This document shows positions 1-7,784 of a stretch of DNA of 64,000 nucleotides, one piece after another. The notes beneath the pieces were generated by a model that was not told the DNA's origin, did not search any database, and saw only the letters and a program-made list of their open reading frames with translations. This stretch comes from Alphaproteobacteria bacterium. GTDB taxonomy: Bacteria; Pseudomonadota; Alphaproteobacteria; Bin95. The stretch is taken from positions 1,792,001-1,856,000 of the forward strand of contig OZ224045.1 in assembly GCA_963665325.3 (NCBI GenBank), read 5' to 3'. Every line of letters begins with the position of its first letter. Positions within the stretch are counted from its first letter, which is position 1. The position numbers and the translations under genes are program-made.

Positions 1-37
1 GGAAGCCTCGGCGGCGGCCGACGAGGGGGAGGGCTGA
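1..37 (+). CDS. 3' end of RHH-like protein 1 (copy A, partial at window edge)
   Basis: Reads EASAAADEGEG*, matching the C-terminus of 5312-5632 (EASVAADEGEG*). Confidence 0.8.
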   Translation, partial: EASAAADEGEG

Positions 38-38
38 T

Positions 39-404
39 ATGGGCGCGACCCGTCAATACTGCATCACCTGCCCGCGTTCGGACTGGCGGGCGGTCCAGGA
101 CCTTGCGCAGGCGGCGGGGATGAAGACCTCGCCCTTCATCCTGAGGGAGGTGCTGGGCGAGGACAGCCGGATGGCGCTGACGGGCGGGGAGCAGCGCGCA
201 CTGCATGACCGGGTGCTGCGCATGGCGTCGCTGGGCGAAGCGCTTGTGGAGCCCTTGGCCGGCAGCGGCGTGACGCTCGGCGAGGCGCTGGCGTTCCTCG
301 CCAGCGAACTCCGGTCCCGGCAGCAAAGGGAGGCGAAAAGGACACGGGTCCGCCCGTTGCGCACCGCCGGGGCGCCGGACCTGTTCGGGGAGGGGCTGCC
401 GTGA
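39..404 (+). CDS. RHH/MobC-like DNA-binding protein 2 (copy A)
   Basis: N-terminal strand-helix-helix pattern RQYCITCPRSDWRAVQDLAQAAGMKTSPFILREVL; frame conserved in the second copy. Confidence 0.7.
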   Translation: MGATRQYCITCPRSDWRAVQDLAQAAGMKTSPFILREVLGEDSRMALTGGEQRALHDRVLRMASLGEALVEPLAGSGVTLGEALAFLASELRSRQQREAKRTRVRPLRTAGAPDLFGEGLP

Positions 405-832
405 AGCCACGCAAGGCGCCTGAAGAGCGCTCTGTCTCGCATTCGATCTCCTGCACGCCGCTGCAATGGGCGCGGATGCGTGAGCTTGCGGAAGGGGCCG
501 GCATGCGGACCTCGCCCTGGATCGTGGGCCGTGTGCTGAAGCGCGAGGGGTTCGGCGGCGCCGGCCATGCGCTGGAGCTGGACGGGGAGCAGCAGCGGGC
601 CATGCGCGATGCGGCGGCGGACGCGGAGGCGGCGCTGTCGCTCCTGTCAGCGAATTCCAGCGAGGCGTCTGCCGGTCTTCGCGAGACGGTGGCGCTGCTG
701 TTCGAGGCGCGTCTGGCCGAAATGGCGCGCGAAGGACGCCGGGAGGCGATGGAAACCCTGCTGGCGGCGGTCGTCGGCCCGGAGCGCGCGGCTGCTATCG
801 CCGGCCGCGTTCGGGCGCGGCAGTACGGATGA
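401..832 (+). CDS. RHH/MobC-like DNA-binding protein 3 (copy A)
   Basis: GTGA overlap with the previous gene; SHSISCTPLQWARMRELAEGAGMRTSPWIVGRVL pattern. Confidence 0.7.
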   Translation: MKPRKAPEERSVSHSISCTPLQWARMRELAEGAGMRTSPWIVGRVLKREGFGGAGHALELDGEQQRAMRDAAADAEAALSLLSANSSEASAGLRETVALLFEARLAEMAREGRREAMETLLAAVVGPERAAAIAGRVRARQYG

Positions 833-876
833 CAGATGGCGTGCGGGACGAGTTATCCTGTAGGAACTTGAAAGGT

Positions 877-919
877 CACACTATAGGAATGCCATGTAAT
901 TCATGGCATTCAAGTGTGA
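877..919. promoter_or_regulatory. AT-rich palindrome, possible operator
   Basis: TCACACT..AATGCCATG-TAATT-CATGGCATT..AGTGTGA in a low-GC intergenic patch. Confidence 0.45.
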
Positions 920-1216
920 TAGACAGGTCTTTTACGGTCATATGGATAATGTAGAACCTACAGTAAGAAATCTGTGTGAAATGAGTTGCCGTCCGGTCGC
1001 AGCCTTTCCGGCATGCGGATTCTCGCGGATCTGCATTCCGGTATCGTCAACCGTGCGGCGCCTGTTCGCGACGGTCAGGAAGCGCACTCGGTTGCTGAAG
1101 TTCGGCGGCGCCGCTGGCAGGCGAGGCGCGCGGCCCCGAGACGGCCGGAGCGGCGGTCGATACGGCATGGTGCGAGATGAGGCTTGACGGCGGTCCGGCG
1201 AAATGGCGCGGCCGCG

Positions 1217-1380
1217 CCCCGGTCCCACGGTCAGCGCCCATGGGCGCCATGTCCGGCGGCCCGGTCCCACAAGCGGGGCCCATGGCGCCGCAACATTCAG
1301 CGCCCGTGGGAGCCACGCCCGGCTCCCGGTCGCGTGGTCCGCGCCCGTGGCGCCCCGGTCCCGGGACTGGCGCCCACGGA
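1217..1380 (+). repeat. Cluster of degenerate ~23-bp repeats, consensus CCnCGGTCyCACrrTCAGCrCCC
   Basis: Copies near 1217, 1259, 1324 and 1353; 1220-1251 matches 5860-5891 at 30/32. Confidence 0.6.
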
Positions 1381-1436
1381 TATGGCGGCCGATGAGGGCT
1401 CGTGGCAGGATCGGGAGACCGTGGCGGGAGGCGAAT

Positions 1437-2231
1437 GTGGCGGAGCGGTTCATGTTCGATGCGGCCGGCATCGAGGCGCTGGCGCCCGGCGACCGGGAGC
1501 GGCGCGTCTGGGACGAGGCGCTGAAGGGGTTCGGGGTTCGTGTCCGGCCGTCGGGGACGAAGTCGTGGATCGTCAATGCCAGCACGACAGGGGCGGACGG
1601 GAGGGTGCGCAGCCGGCGGATCACGCTCGGCCAGTGCGGGGAGATGAGCCTGGAGGAGGCGCGGGCTGAGGCGCGGAAGCTCTTGGGCGCTGGCGTCGGG
1701 GCGGCCGCCGTCGAAGGCCAGCCGGCTGCGGGCATGGATGACCGGGGCTTGCGGGATCGCGGCGAGGGCATCGAGGATGGTGCGCCGAAATCGGCCGCCG
1801 CTGTCGGGAGAGCGGCGGTGGAGACGGGCGGGGATGCGGACCGGCCCGGCGGGGACCCGGCGGGTGGTCTGGCGAAGACGCTGGACGGCATTCGCGGCGG
1901 CGTGGACAGGATCGAGGCGTGGAACGCCAGGACGGACGCGCAAATGGAGCTGCTGTCGAGCGCGGTGGCGGTGAGCGCCATGGACCGCCGGCGGGGGCGC
2001 CGGCGTCTGGCGGTCTGGCTTCTGGCGATCGTGGTTGCGGCGGCGGTCGGGCTCGCCGGCGGCGCGTTTGTCCAGAGCCGCTATCCGGTCCTGCCCCGGG
2101 ATGATCCGACCCTGGGCTGGAAGGACCATGTCTGGAATCATTACGGTCAGGCGTTCAAGGATTGCTTCGAACGGGCCCGGAACGAGCAGTCGGGTCGTGC
2201 GAAGTGCGAGATCACCGTGCGCGCCAGGTGA
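1437..2231 (+). CDS. Integrase Arm DNA-binding domain (DUF4102-like) fused to a linker, coiled coil and transmembrane segment
   Basis: GTG start after GGGAGG; VWDEALKGFGVRVRPSGTKSWIV..RRITLG..MSLEEARAEAR arm-domain signature; hydrophobic LAVWLLAIVVAAAVGLAGGAFV; no catalytic domain. Confidence 0.7.
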   Translation: MAERFMFDAAGIEALAPGDRERRVWDEALKGFGVRVRPSGTKSWIVNASTTGADGRVRSRRITLGQCGEMSLEEARAEARKLLGAGVGAAAVEGQPAAGMDDRGLRDRGEGIEDGAPKSAAAVGRAAVETGGDADRPGGDPAGGLAKTLDGIRGGVDRIEAWNARTDAQMELLSSAVAVSAMDRRRGRRRLAVWLLAIVVAAAVGLAGGAFVQSRYPVLPRDDPTLGWKDHVWNHYGQAFKDCFERARNEQSGRAKCEITVRAR

Positions 2232-2261
2232 AGGCCGGCCGTGCTCCCGGCGCCCGGCCTC

Positions 2262-2540
2262 CTATCCGGAGATCAATGCCGCCGCGTTCAAACGCATCGT
2301 CACGATATGAAATATCATCCCCACAATGGACAACCAGCAGATCAGGAGTCCGGTTTGCGGATGAATGAACCACGGCCCGACCACCGGGACCGGGCGGTGG
2401 TGCGAGCAGTCCGGGCAGTCGCACCGGTCCCCGGCTGGCAACCGGTCGCGTTCGAGCCGGTCGATCCTGCCGCGCAGGTCGGCGGCCTCGGCGCGCAGCC
2501 GTTCGAGTTCGCCGTCTTCGCTTTCGGGTCTGTCGTTCAT
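2262..2540 (-). CDS. Small coiled-coil + CxCxxC + TM protein (paralogue 1)
   Basis: ELERLRAEAADLRGRIDRLE, CDCPDC, hydrophobic C-terminus; paralogous to the next ORF. Confidence 0.65.
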   Translation of the reverse strand: MNDRPESEDGELERLRAEAADLRGRIDRLERDRLPAGDRCDCPDCSHHRPVPVVGPWFIHPQTGLLICWLSIVGMIFHIVTMRLNAAALISG

Positions 2541-2658
2541 GCAAGCGGCCTCTCCGGGTTGTACATGGTGGCGGTCATTCCGTGCTTCTGCGCCGCCCGA
2601 TATCGCGTCGGGGCGGACACGGCGCGTCCTCTCCCGGGCATGTCCGGCGAGGGGCCTC

Positions 2659-2907
2659 TCATTTGAGCGCAGCTGCGACGCACATCGTCATGGCCGCTGC
2701 CAGCTGCAGGACCGCCATGATGAACAGGAATGCGGTCAGCGGGTTGAGGAGCGGCGGCTCCGGGACGGGCGAGCAGTCCGGGCAGCCGCACGATTCTTCC
2801 GCTGGCGCCCGGTCGCATTCGAGCCCGCGGAGCTTGCCGCGAAGGGCCGCCACCTCGGTGCGCAGCCGTTCTAGGTCGCCGTCTTCGTTTTCGGGCCTGT
2901 CGGTCAT
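2659..2907 (-). CDS. Small coiled-coil + CxCxxC + TM protein (paralogue 2)
   Basis: MTDRPENEDGDLERLRTEVAALRGKL, CGCPDC, TM tail; DNA similar to 2262-2540 at an offset of ~365 bp. Confidence 0.65.
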   Translation of the reverse strand: MTDRPENEDGDLERLRTEVAALRGKLRGLECDRAPAEESCGCPDCSPVPEPPLLNPLTAFLFIMAVLQLAAAMTMCVAAALK

Positions 2908-3215
2908 GCAGGGCTCTGCGGGCCGTTCATGCTGCCGGTCGTCCCGTGCTTCCGCCGCGCCCGGTAGTGCGCCGGGGCGGACACGGCGCATCCTCTGCCG
3001 GAAATGACCGGCGACCGGCTTTTCCATTCGCAGGTCTGCAATGCCGCCAGTATGCAGAGCACGGCGACACCCACCACGGTCGGCGCGTTCAGCACCGGCA
3101 TGCTGCGGGCCTCCCGCAGTTCGTCCCGCAGCCCGGCGTTCTCCTCGCGCAGGTCGGCGACCTCGGCGCGGAGCCGTTCGATTTCGCGGCTCCGGTAGTC
3201 CTCTCCGGCGTTCAT
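2904..3215 (-). CDS. Small coiled-coil + TM protein (divergent paralogue 3)
   Basis: EIERLRAEVADLREENAGLRDEL followed by hydrophobic VVGVAVLCILAAL. Confidence 0.5.
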   Translation of the reverse strand: MNAGEDYRSREIERLRAEVADLREENAGLRDELREARSMPVLNAPTVVGVAVLCILAALQTCEWKSRSPVISGRGCAVSAPAHYRARRKHGTTGSMNGPQSPA

Positions 3216-3252
3216 GCGGGGGTCTCCGGGACGGATGCTGAGTTGCCCGGGC

Positions 3253-4254
3253 TCATGCAGCGGGCTCCCGTGCTCCGGCGGCGGCAGACGGCGGCGGCTC
3301 TCCGCTCTCCGGCGCGGGGTAGGAGATACGGAAGGCGGGGTCGATACGGTCGCTGGCGGGAAGGCGGTAGTAAAGCAGGGTCGCGGCGAGGTTGGTGTGC
3401 CCGAGCCAGTCGCGGACCGCCTCGGGCCGCGCGCCCTCGCGAAGCGCGGTCGCCGCAGCCGTCGCTCTCAGCGAATGCGCGCAGAGCCCCTCGACCTCGC
3501 GCGTGAGCCCCGCACGGTCTGCATGATGGCGCACGACATTGCTGTAGACCGAGCCCGGATCGAGCGCGCGGGCGAGCCGGCCGCCGCCGCGATTGTTGGC
3601 CACCGGACGGAACAGCGGCCCGGAGCGGTCCCGTCCATGGCCCGCCCGGTGGAGATAGGCCCCGATCCGTTGCTCCGTCTCGGGATGCAGCGCGGCAATG
3701 CGCATCCGGCCCCGGTTGCCCGCGACCTTCAGGCAGGGCCGGCCGTCGATACTGACGAGATCGCCCACGCCGAGTCCGCAGAGTTCCTCCCGCGTCAGCC
3801 CCTGGCAGAGCATGACGGCGAGGATGGCGCGGTCGCGCAGGCCCTTGACCGTGCCTTCGGGCGGCGCGTCGAGGAGCCGGCGCGCCTGCTCCCCGGTCAG
3901 CACCGGGGCCGCGTTCGGGCCCTCTTCGTCAACGGGCCGCTCGACGCCCCGGACCGGGTTGGCCACCACTGCCCCTTTGGCCAGCAGTTCGTCGAACAGC
4001 GATGACAGGGCCGAGAGCTTGCGGCGCACACTCGCCGGCCTGAGTGGGCGCGCAAGCAGCGCCTCGCGCCAGGCTTCCACCCGGTCCGGCGCGGCCTCCC
4101 GCAGCCCCCCGGGTTCCGAAAGGCCCGCAAAGCTCATGAACTCCGCAACGTCGCGCAGATAGCCCCTGCGATTGTGGCCGCTCTCGATCCCGGCGAACCA
4201 CACCTCCCTCGGCGGCATCGCGGCGAGGCGCTGCGGGGGTCTGTCCTCGGGCAT
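3253..4254 (-). CDS. Tyrosine recombinase (resolvase/XerC-like) with atypical catalytic residues
   Basis: SAM-like N-domain (SVRRKLSALSSLF), RDRAIL, HSLRAT, WLGH..LLY motifs. Confidence 0.9.
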   Translation of the reverse strand: MPEDRPPQRLAAMPPREVWFAGIESGHNRRGYLRDVAEFMSFAGLSEPGGLREAAPDRVEAWREALLARPLRPASVRRKLSALSSLFDELLAKGAVVANPVRGVERPVDEEGPNAAPVLTGEQARRLLDAPPEGTVKGLRDRAILAVMLCQGLTREELCGLGVGDLVSIDGRPCLKVAGNRGRMRIAALHPETEQRIGAYLHRAGHGRDRSGPLFRPVANNRGGGRLARALDPGSVYSNVVRHHADRAGLTREVEGLCAHSLRATAAATALREGARPEAVRDWLGHTNLAATLLYYRLPASDRIDPAFRISYPAPESGEPPPSAAAGAREPAA

Positions 4255-4284
4255 GGCGGTTCCTGCGGTGGAGGGGTTGTCCTT

Positions 4285-4304
4285 ATAACGATAAGAACGT
4301 TATC
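4285..4304. promoter_or_regulatory. Palindromic site upstream of the recombinase, possible recombinase binding/res site
   Basis: ATAACG-N7-CGTTAT overlapping GATAA-N5-TTATC in an AT-rich patch. Confidence 0.5.
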
Positions 4305-4461
4305 ATATTCTATGGCATCGGGCAAGTGACGTTGCCCGCACAGAATGCTGGAGGGAGGCCGGGGCCTTGAGACTGCTCTGCACGCATTTCGACTACGGGT
4401 TCCGCCTCCACGGCCGCGAGGGCGGCCTCAACGGAACGCGCTGGATCTTCGAGCCGCTTCC

Positions 4462-4583
4462 TGCGGAATATCACCAATGTAGCCGGCGAATATCGTTCAA
4501 CGTAGCCGGCCGATTTCACCCAAAGTAGCCACTCAGTTTCAGCAAAGTAGCCACCCGGAGCGAAGCGACGCGATCACGATGTT
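4462..4583 (-). mobile_element. IS21-family right-end remnant
   Basis: Terminal TGCGGAATA; four GTAGCC repeats at 4479, 4502, 4525 and 4547 (22-23 bp period); GCGTCGCTTCGCTCC on the minus strand; abuts the truncation of RHH gene 3 copy B. Confidence 0.65.
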
Positions 4584-4948
4584 GCCAGCAGGGTTTCCAT
4601 CTCCTCCCGGCGTCCCTCGCGCGCCATTTCGGCCAGACGCGCCTCGAACAGCAGCGCCACCGTCTCGCGAAGACCGGCAGACGCCTCGTCGGAATTCGCT
4701 GACAGGAGCGACAGCGCCGCCTCCGCGTCCGCCGCCGCATTGCGCATGGCCCGCTGCTGCCCCCCGTCCAGCTCCAGCGCATGGCCGGCGGCTCCGAACC
4801 CCTCGCGCTTCAGCACCCGGCCCACGATCCAGGGCGAGGTCCGCATGCCGGCCCCTTCCGCAAGCTCCCGCATCCGCGCCCATTGCAGCGGCGTACACGA
4901 GATCGAATGCGAGACCGAGCGCTCTTCCGGCGCCTTGCGCGGCTTCAT
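4574..4948 (-). pseudogene. RHH-like protein 3 (copy B), C-terminally truncated
   Basis: Matches 401-765, then runs into the IS end and stops (..ETLLATS*); 124 aa vs 143 aa. Confidence 0.7.
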
Positions 4949-5348
4949 CGCGGCCCCTCCCCGAACAGGTCCGGCACCCCGGCGGTGCGCGACGGGCGGG
5001 CCCGTGTCCTTTTCGCCTCCCTCCGCTGCCGGGACCGGAGCTCGCTGCCGAGGAACGCCAGCGCCTCGCCGGGCGTCACGCCGCTGCCGGCCAAGGGCTC
5101 CACAAGCGCTTCGCCCAGCGACGCCATGCGCAGCACCCGGTCGTGCAGTGCGCGCTGCTCCCCGCCCGTCAGCGCCATCCGGCTGTCCTCGCCCAGCACC
5201 TCCCTCAGGATGAAGGGCGAGGTCTTCATCCCCGCCGCCTGCGCAAGGTCCTGGACCGCCCGCCAGTCCGAACGCGGGCATGTAATGCAGTATTGACGGG
5301 TCGCGCCCATATCAGCCCTCTCCCTCGTCGGCCGCCACCGAGGCTTCC
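4584..5348. repeat. Right arm of the inverted duplication
   Basis: Reverse complement of 1-765. Confidence 0.95.
4945..5310 (-). CDS. RHH/MobC-like protein 2 (copy B)
   Basis: 121 aa, near-identical to 39-404. Confidence 0.7.
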   Translation of the reverse strand: MGATRQYCITCPRSDWRAVQDLAQAAGMKTSPFILREVLGEDSRMALTGGEQRALHDRVLRMASLGEALVEPLAGSGVTPGEALAFLGSELRSRQRREAKRTRARPSRTAGVPDLFGEGPR

Positions 5349-5632
5349 GCTTCCTCCACCAGACGCCGCCAGACGCCGCCCCGCCCCCCGGCTTCGAACC
5401 GCAGCCGCTCGGCCAGCACCAGGAGGCGCAGGTCCGCCGTCGCCCGGCGCTTCACGGCAAGGGGCAGGTCATCCGCACTCTCCGCCGCCGCCTCCGCAGG
5501 CGCGAGACCGCGGCCGACAAGGAACTCGGATGTCGAAATTCCGGCCTTGTCCGCGCGCCTGCGGATCAGGCGCCAGTCGCTGTCGGTCGCCATCACCGAG
5601 CGCGGCCTCTTCCTGCCGTCATCAGCCGTCAC
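5312..5632 (-). CDS. RHH/MobC-like protein 1 (copy B)
   Basis: GTG start after AGGAG; RPRSVMATDSDWRLIRRRADKAGISTSEFLV RHH pattern. Confidence 0.7.
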   Translation of the reverse strand: MTADDGRKRPRSVMATDSDWRLIRRRADKAGISTSEFLVGRGLAPAEAAAESADDLPLAVKRRATADLRLLVLAERLRFEAGGRGGVWRRLVEEAEASVAADEGEG

Positions 5633-5753
5633 GAGCTTTCTCCTACCATGAAACACAGGATCAACATGGCTGTTCCCCGGCGAAACACAGAAGCGCCGCA
5701 TCAATGAAGTATCCATGTCGCCATCGCGCCCCATGGTGTCGTCCATTATCATC

Positions 5754-5935
5754 CGCGACCCCACAAGGCCAGCACCCGGAAAACGACGCCGGAGGGGAAC
5801 CCGATGCGCATCCAGGACAGGAGGTCCGGGCGCTACCATGAAACCGCGTGTTTGCACCACGGTCCCACAGTCAGCGCCCACGGGCGCCATGATGGACACC
5901 ATGCCGGGCGCCACGGTCTCACGATCAGCACCCGA
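5754..5935 (+). repeat. Second cluster of the ~23-bp repeats
   Basis: CCACGGTCCCACAGTCAGCGCCC (5857), CCACGGTCTCACGATCAGCACCC (5911), weaker copy at 5754. Confidence 0.6.
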
Positions 5936-6378
5936 AGACACCGCATCCGGTGCTTTCGGCACCGCGTGCGGTGCTCCTGTCCAGCCCCACAAAATCCCCA
6001 ATTTGCAAATGCAATGCCCACGATATTCAATTATCCTACAACATAATCTTGACACAAGGGGCTTGCTTTGACCCCCGTAATCCCCTACTGTTACTCTTCC
6101 TACGAGGAAAACAGCGTTTCAACCAAAAGGTGTTCCTATAGTCATGAAAATTGATAGGTCAGGCACACCGGGCAGCAGTTTGAAGTTGCGGCCCGCTGCC
6201 GTGGGATCGTGCGAGTAGCCGAATTGTTGAGCTGTCGGGCAGCGCCGCGCGCGTTGCGGGCAACGCACTCCCGGGAGCGCATCGGCAGAGACCCGCACAG
6301 TCTGCCGGGCCTGAGGCGCAGGCACCGGGCGGGGCTAAGCCTCGCCAATACGCGGTTTGAATTCGGAGAGTTCATATT

Positions 6379-7713
6379 TTGCCGTTTCATATTTCGCCGG
6401 GGACCCTCGCGCTCGCAGGGGCCGCCACGCTTGTTGCAATGTCCATCGCCAGCCTCTCCGCTGCACAGGCCGGTCCGGCCGAGCGGCTCTGGGAGGACCT
6501 GCAGCTTCAGGCGGTCGGCTGCGGAACGGCGGGCGACGGGTCCATGTCGACGGGTGCGCGTTGCCTGTTCGGCAATGGCCTGAATTTCCTTCTCGAAGAA
6601 AGCATGCGCCTGGCGGGCGAATATGGAGGAAAGGCCTTCGGACAACGGTTCCGGGTGGTTGGGAAGCCGGCATTCGCGCCGGCTTCGGGCGGGACCGGGT
6701 CGACGGCCGATCTTGACGTTGTGGTTCCTTTTGCCGGGGCGGAGCCGTCGGTGGCGGAAAAGCCCTCGGGATCGGCGCTGTTCCTCCAGCAGGGCGTTAC
6801 CCACTGGCAGGACGGGCTCGGGACACCGCGCAACGACCTGCGTTACGGCCTCGTTTACCGTTTCCGGGTTTCGGACAGGCCGGATGCGGACATCCTCGGG
6901 CTCTCCGTGCTCCAACTGCACAACGCCGAGCGGCAGCACCGGGTCCTCGTCTCCGGGATCGACTATTCCGGGAGATGGGGGAGCGGGTCGCTCCGTCATT
7001 TCATGCCGACCACAGGCTGGCGTTCGAACCGCCGGGGCCGGGAGGAGCGGGCGCTTGGCGGCACGGAGTTCTCGACGCGCCTGGACCTCACATCGACCCT
7101 GGACATGAATGCGACCGGCTATCGCCGGGAGTCCGGGGACGGTTCCGGGCACCGGAACGAAGGTGTGCGCATGGGGTTCGCCTGGCGCCCGCATCCCTGG
7201 CTGCAGCTGGGCGCCGGCTACGACCGTTACAGCGGGGGCGACGGCGCGGTGGCGTTCCGCATCGGGTTCAGGATGCCGCTCGGGAGCCCGTCGAAACCGC
7301 CTCGGTGGGAAGGGCTGGGCGTGGCGGCCGGCGGCGCCGCACCGGGCGATTCTGAGCTTTGGCGGCCGGTCGAGGGAGACAGCCGGATCCTGACCGCCAC
7401 ACGCGAGAGTGTCTCCGACCTCGTCGACGAGGCGGAGGTCCGGTTCCTGCAGGACACCGTCGAGAGCGGCGACTCGATCCTGCTCGAAGTCGTGCTTCCG
7501 TCCGCTGCGCCGGAGGACATCCGGGTCGAGGTCCGTCTCGTGCCCGGCAGCGGGGCCAATCCCGCCGTGCCCGGCGAGGATTTCGTCGATGAGCCCGTGG
7601 CGCTCACGATCCCCGCGGGTGCGGTGAGTGGCACAGTTGCCATTCAACTCCTGCGGAACGGCGACCAGCAGGAAAACCGGAGCCTGGGCGCTACGGTTGC
7701 ACTGGTCTCGTGA
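6379..7713 (+). CDS. Inverse autotransporter (invasin/intimin-type) beta-barrel with C-terminal Calx-beta-like domain
   Basis: Signal peptide, amphipathic strands (NDLRYGLVYRF, WLQLGAGYDRY), C-terminal EVRLVPGSG..AVPGEDF..LTIPAG. Confidence 0.6.
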   Translation: MPFHISPGTLALAGAATLVAMSIASLSAAQAGPAERLWEDLQLQAVGCGTAGDGSMSTGARCLFGNGLNFLLEESMRLAGEYGGKAFGQRFRVVGKPAFAPASGGTGSTADLDVVVPFAGAEPSVAEKPSGSALFLQQGVTHWQDGLGTPRNDLRYGLVYRFRVSDRPDADILGLSVLQLHNAERQHRVLVSGIDYSGRWGSGSLRHFMPTTGWRSNRRGREERALGGTEFSTRLDLTSTLDMNATGYRRESGDGSGHRNEGVRMGFAWRPHPWLQLGAGYDRYSGGDGAVAFRIGFRMPLGSPSKPPRWEGLGVAAGGAAPGDSELWRPVEGDSRILTATRESVSDLVDEAEVRFLQDTVESGDSILLEVVLPSAAPEDIRVEVRLVPGSGANPAVPGEDFVDEPVALTIPAGAVSGTVAIQLLRNGDQQENRSLGATVALVS

Positions 7714-7784
7714 CCGTGCCCCGGCCGGCCGGAGCGGCGGCGCCGGAAACAGGGCGGGCGCATTCGCGCAGATGGGATAAGGCC

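Larger units (their letters stand above)
1..765. repeat. Left arm of long inverted duplication of the RHH operon (pairs with 4584-5348; probably continues left of the window)
   Basis: Position p matches the reverse complement of 5349-p, from GGAAGCCTCG (1) to GGAAACCCTGCTGGC (751-765), with scattered substitutions. Confidence 0.95.

Noticed and set aside
853-861. RP4-type nic site (TATCCTG)
   Set aside because: A 7-bp match is expected by chance and there is no relaxase in the window
1217-1380. CRISPR array
   Set aside because: Repeats are degenerate and irregularly spaced with no unique spacers, and no cas genes are present
2239-4254. Classical integron (intI + attC cassettes)
   Set aside because: Hairpins lack RYYYAAC/GTTRRRY ends, no IntI-specific insertion is evident, and the ORFs are paralogues rather than unrelated cassettes
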